DNA of 64,000 nucleotides from Planctomycetota bacterium (GTDB lineage: Bacteria > Planctomycetota > SZUA-567 > H5-PLA8): positions 1-64,000 of the forward strand of contig BTVV01000011.1 of NCBI GenBank assembly GCA_045863855.1, in the 5' to 3' direction. Of the stretch, positions 63,986 to 64,000 are shown piece after piece. The stretch's first letter is position 1. Every line of letters begins with the position of its first letter. Below the pieces are notes generated by a model, which searched no databases, was not told the DNA's origin, and worked only from the letters and a program-made list of their open reading frames with translations. A program made the position numbers and the translations under genes.

Positions 63986-64000
63986 AAAAAGAGCGTTAGC

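Overview
GC-rich bacterial chromosomal DNA, most likely an uncultured Planctomycetota. That is inferred from the HEAT-repeat proteins, ECF/anti-sigma pairs, FHA and Ser/Thr kinase signalling, PDZ proteases and R[FY]SL-motif membrane proteins. Housekeeping content: tRNA-Leu(GAG), a truncated ppk2-like gene, rsmD, rpmE, purB, apt, corA, msrB, a cold-shock gene and an IHF/HU gene. It also has four sigma factors (FliA/WhiG-like, RpoD/RpoS-like, two ECF), a polysaccharide-lyase cassette, an HtrA + pseudo-HtrA + M28 protease operon and a three-gene HEAT-repeat cluster. No CRISPR array, prophage or transposase is seen. The most intriguing region is 51.2-63.3 kb: ihf, a candidate multi-stem structured RNA, ECF sigma/anti-sigma, two large surface proteins, then a Ser/Thr kinase and an FHA-zinc-ribbon protein. 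The two surface proteins carry an unrecognised acidic GDD/DGGNG repeat associated with PKD-like domains and share a similar C-terminal beta domain. Features absent from the ORF track include a 39-aa bL37-like ORF, a 170-bp MITE-like foldback, two heptamer-periodic inverted-repeat elements and a dispersed REP-like 23-mer. All calls come from reading motifs by eye; no database searches were run.
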